Source: Candidatus Levyibacteriota bacterium
GTDB lineage: Bacteria > Patescibacteriota > Microgenomatia > Levybacterales > UBA12049
DNA: 64,000 nt
NCBI GenBank assembly: GCA_043823085.1
Contig: JBDRBE010000004.1
Location: 342,780 to 406,779, forward strand
Direction: 5' to 3'
Every line of letters begins with the position of its first letter. Within the stretch, counting starts at the first letter, position 1. The notes under the pieces were generated by a model. It did not search any database. It was not told the origin of the DNA and saw only the letters and a program-made list of their open reading frames with translations. Position numbers and translations under genes: made by a program. Below, in pieces: positions 63,230 to 64,000 of the stretch.

Positions 63230-64000
63230 CAGTTAATTCACCTTTTAAAACAGGATAAGGATCGTAATTTTCCAAAGTCACGTGTTCCACGCGAAAATCG
63301 TCAATTTCTTTTACGCCTTTATCGATTGTTACTTTTGGAAAAGGACGGGGTTTTCTTTTTAGTTGTTCTTTCACTTGTTCAATATGATTTTTATAAATAT
63401 GCGCATCGCCAAAAGTATGAACAAACTCTCCCGGCTTAGCTTTTAAAACTTGAGCAATTATTATTGCTAGTAAAGCATAACTTGCAATATTAAAAGGAAC
63501 TCCCAAAAATAAATCGGCACTTCGCTGATAAAGCTGTAAATAAACTTTTCCGCCTTTCAAACTAATTTGGTACATGTTGTGACAGATTGGAAAACGCGAG
63601 GCGTCTTTGTATTCTGCCATTTTGTAGAGATATTCCGGATTCCAGGAATTCACAATTGCATTACGGGCATATTTATCTTCCCGAAGTTCACCAATCGCCC
63701 ATTTTAACTGATCTATTGTTCTTTTTGTTCTTGTTGGCCATCTTCTCCATAATTCTCCATAAATTTTAGGAAGATTCCCCCACTTTTTTGCAAATTTATT
63801 ATCGTCTTTAATTTTTTGAATAAACTCCTCTTTTGCCATTTGTTGATTCGTTGTTTTATTGATTTGTTGATTGTAAATTTTGTACGGGTAATCGTCCCAG
63901 ATATGAACATTGTTATCAACAAGATATTTGATATTTGATTGCCCCGACATAAACCAATAAAGTTCATGCAAAACCCCTTTCCAGTAAACTTTTTTAGTGG
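63195..64000 (-). CDS. thyA: thymidylate synthase, N-terminus outside the window
   Basis: HELYWFMSG, RRWPTR..P and the C-terminal ThyA motifs. Contains a degenerate QQINKTTNQQ insert from TTGTTGATT-like repeats at 63841-63880. Confidence 0.85.
   Translation of the reverse strand, partial: TKKVYWKGVLHELYWFMSGQSNIKYLVDNNVHIWDDYPYKIYNQQINKTTNQQMAKEEFIQKIKDDNKFAKKWGNLPKIYGELWRRWPTRTKRTIDQLKWAIGELREDKYARNAIVNSWNPEYLYKMAEYKDASRFPICHNMYQISLKGGKVYLQLYQRSADLFLGVPFNIASYALLAIIIAQVLKAKPGEFVHTFGDAHIYKNHIEQVKEQLKRKPRPFPKVTIDKGVKEIDDFRVEHVTLENYDPYPVLKGELTVAGGFYEKSKT

Overview
This is an AT-rich (about 35-38% GC by eye) bacterial chromosomal segment that uses the standard code. TGA is a stop: it is at 15546-15548, overlapping the hisS ATG, and TAA/TAG stops occur elsewhere. 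Gene content is dominated by housekeeping genes: dnaB, dnaX, recR, ssb, ybaB, prs, r-proteins S2/S6/S18/S21/L31, EF-P, EF-Ts, RF1, RRF, YchF, HisRS/CysRS/ProRS, the oxidative pentose-phosphate genes zwf, pgl and a gnd-like gene, and a thyA, nudix, folA, glyA string. There are also many hypothetical or secreted proteins (one with an LPXTG signal), a nucleotide-salvage operon and two TrpR/YerC-like regulators. Overall it looks like a reduced-genome bacterium, possibly a Patescibacteria/CPR-like lineage. That placement is inference only. The most unusual property is a dense repeatome of at least eight short dispersed repeat families. (1) REP-like hairpins GTTACACC..GGTGTAAC flanking a REP-associated tyrosine transposase (RAYT). 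(2) About 150-bp palindromic intergenic elements centred on TTCGTCAGCTGACGAA, built from TCAAGA, GATATC and TCTAGA words, with GAAGTGGGATTTTCTTGAACTTGA-type termini; there are six copies. (3) A MITE-like element of about 150 bp with GGCACAAAATTTTCGC..GCGAAAATTTTGTGCC-type terminal inverted repeats. (4) In-frame heptamer tandem repeats TTGTTGA and CTTGATA. (5) AATTCATAATTCA/TTCCTGATT word repeats. (6) ACGCTA/TAGACGCTAG word repeats. (7) A 29-bp palindrome AGCTTCGCAAGGCGNCGCCTTGCGAAGCT. (8) A GTCATTCTGAG hairpin element. Copies of these sit in-frame inside apparently intact essential genes: the DHH phosphoesterase, M24 peptidase, recR, proS, dnaX, folA, the gnd-like gene, zwf and rseP. The most system-like candidate is at 36.5-41.5 kb. 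A TrpR/YerC-like regulator is bracketed by two 28-bp perfect palindromes and is divergent from three tandem paralogous unknown genes, each carrying its own conserved leaderless-type promoter (CTTGTGCTAATATC). A second TrpR-like gene is bracketed by 37-bp direct repeats next to the pentose-phosphate genes. Other items of note: a tRNA-like gene with a roughly 45-nt insert; many TTGACA-N17-TATAAT-N6-9-ATG leaderless-type promoters; candidate structured leaders upstream of rpsF and rseP; and a GC-rich islet with a transposase remnant.
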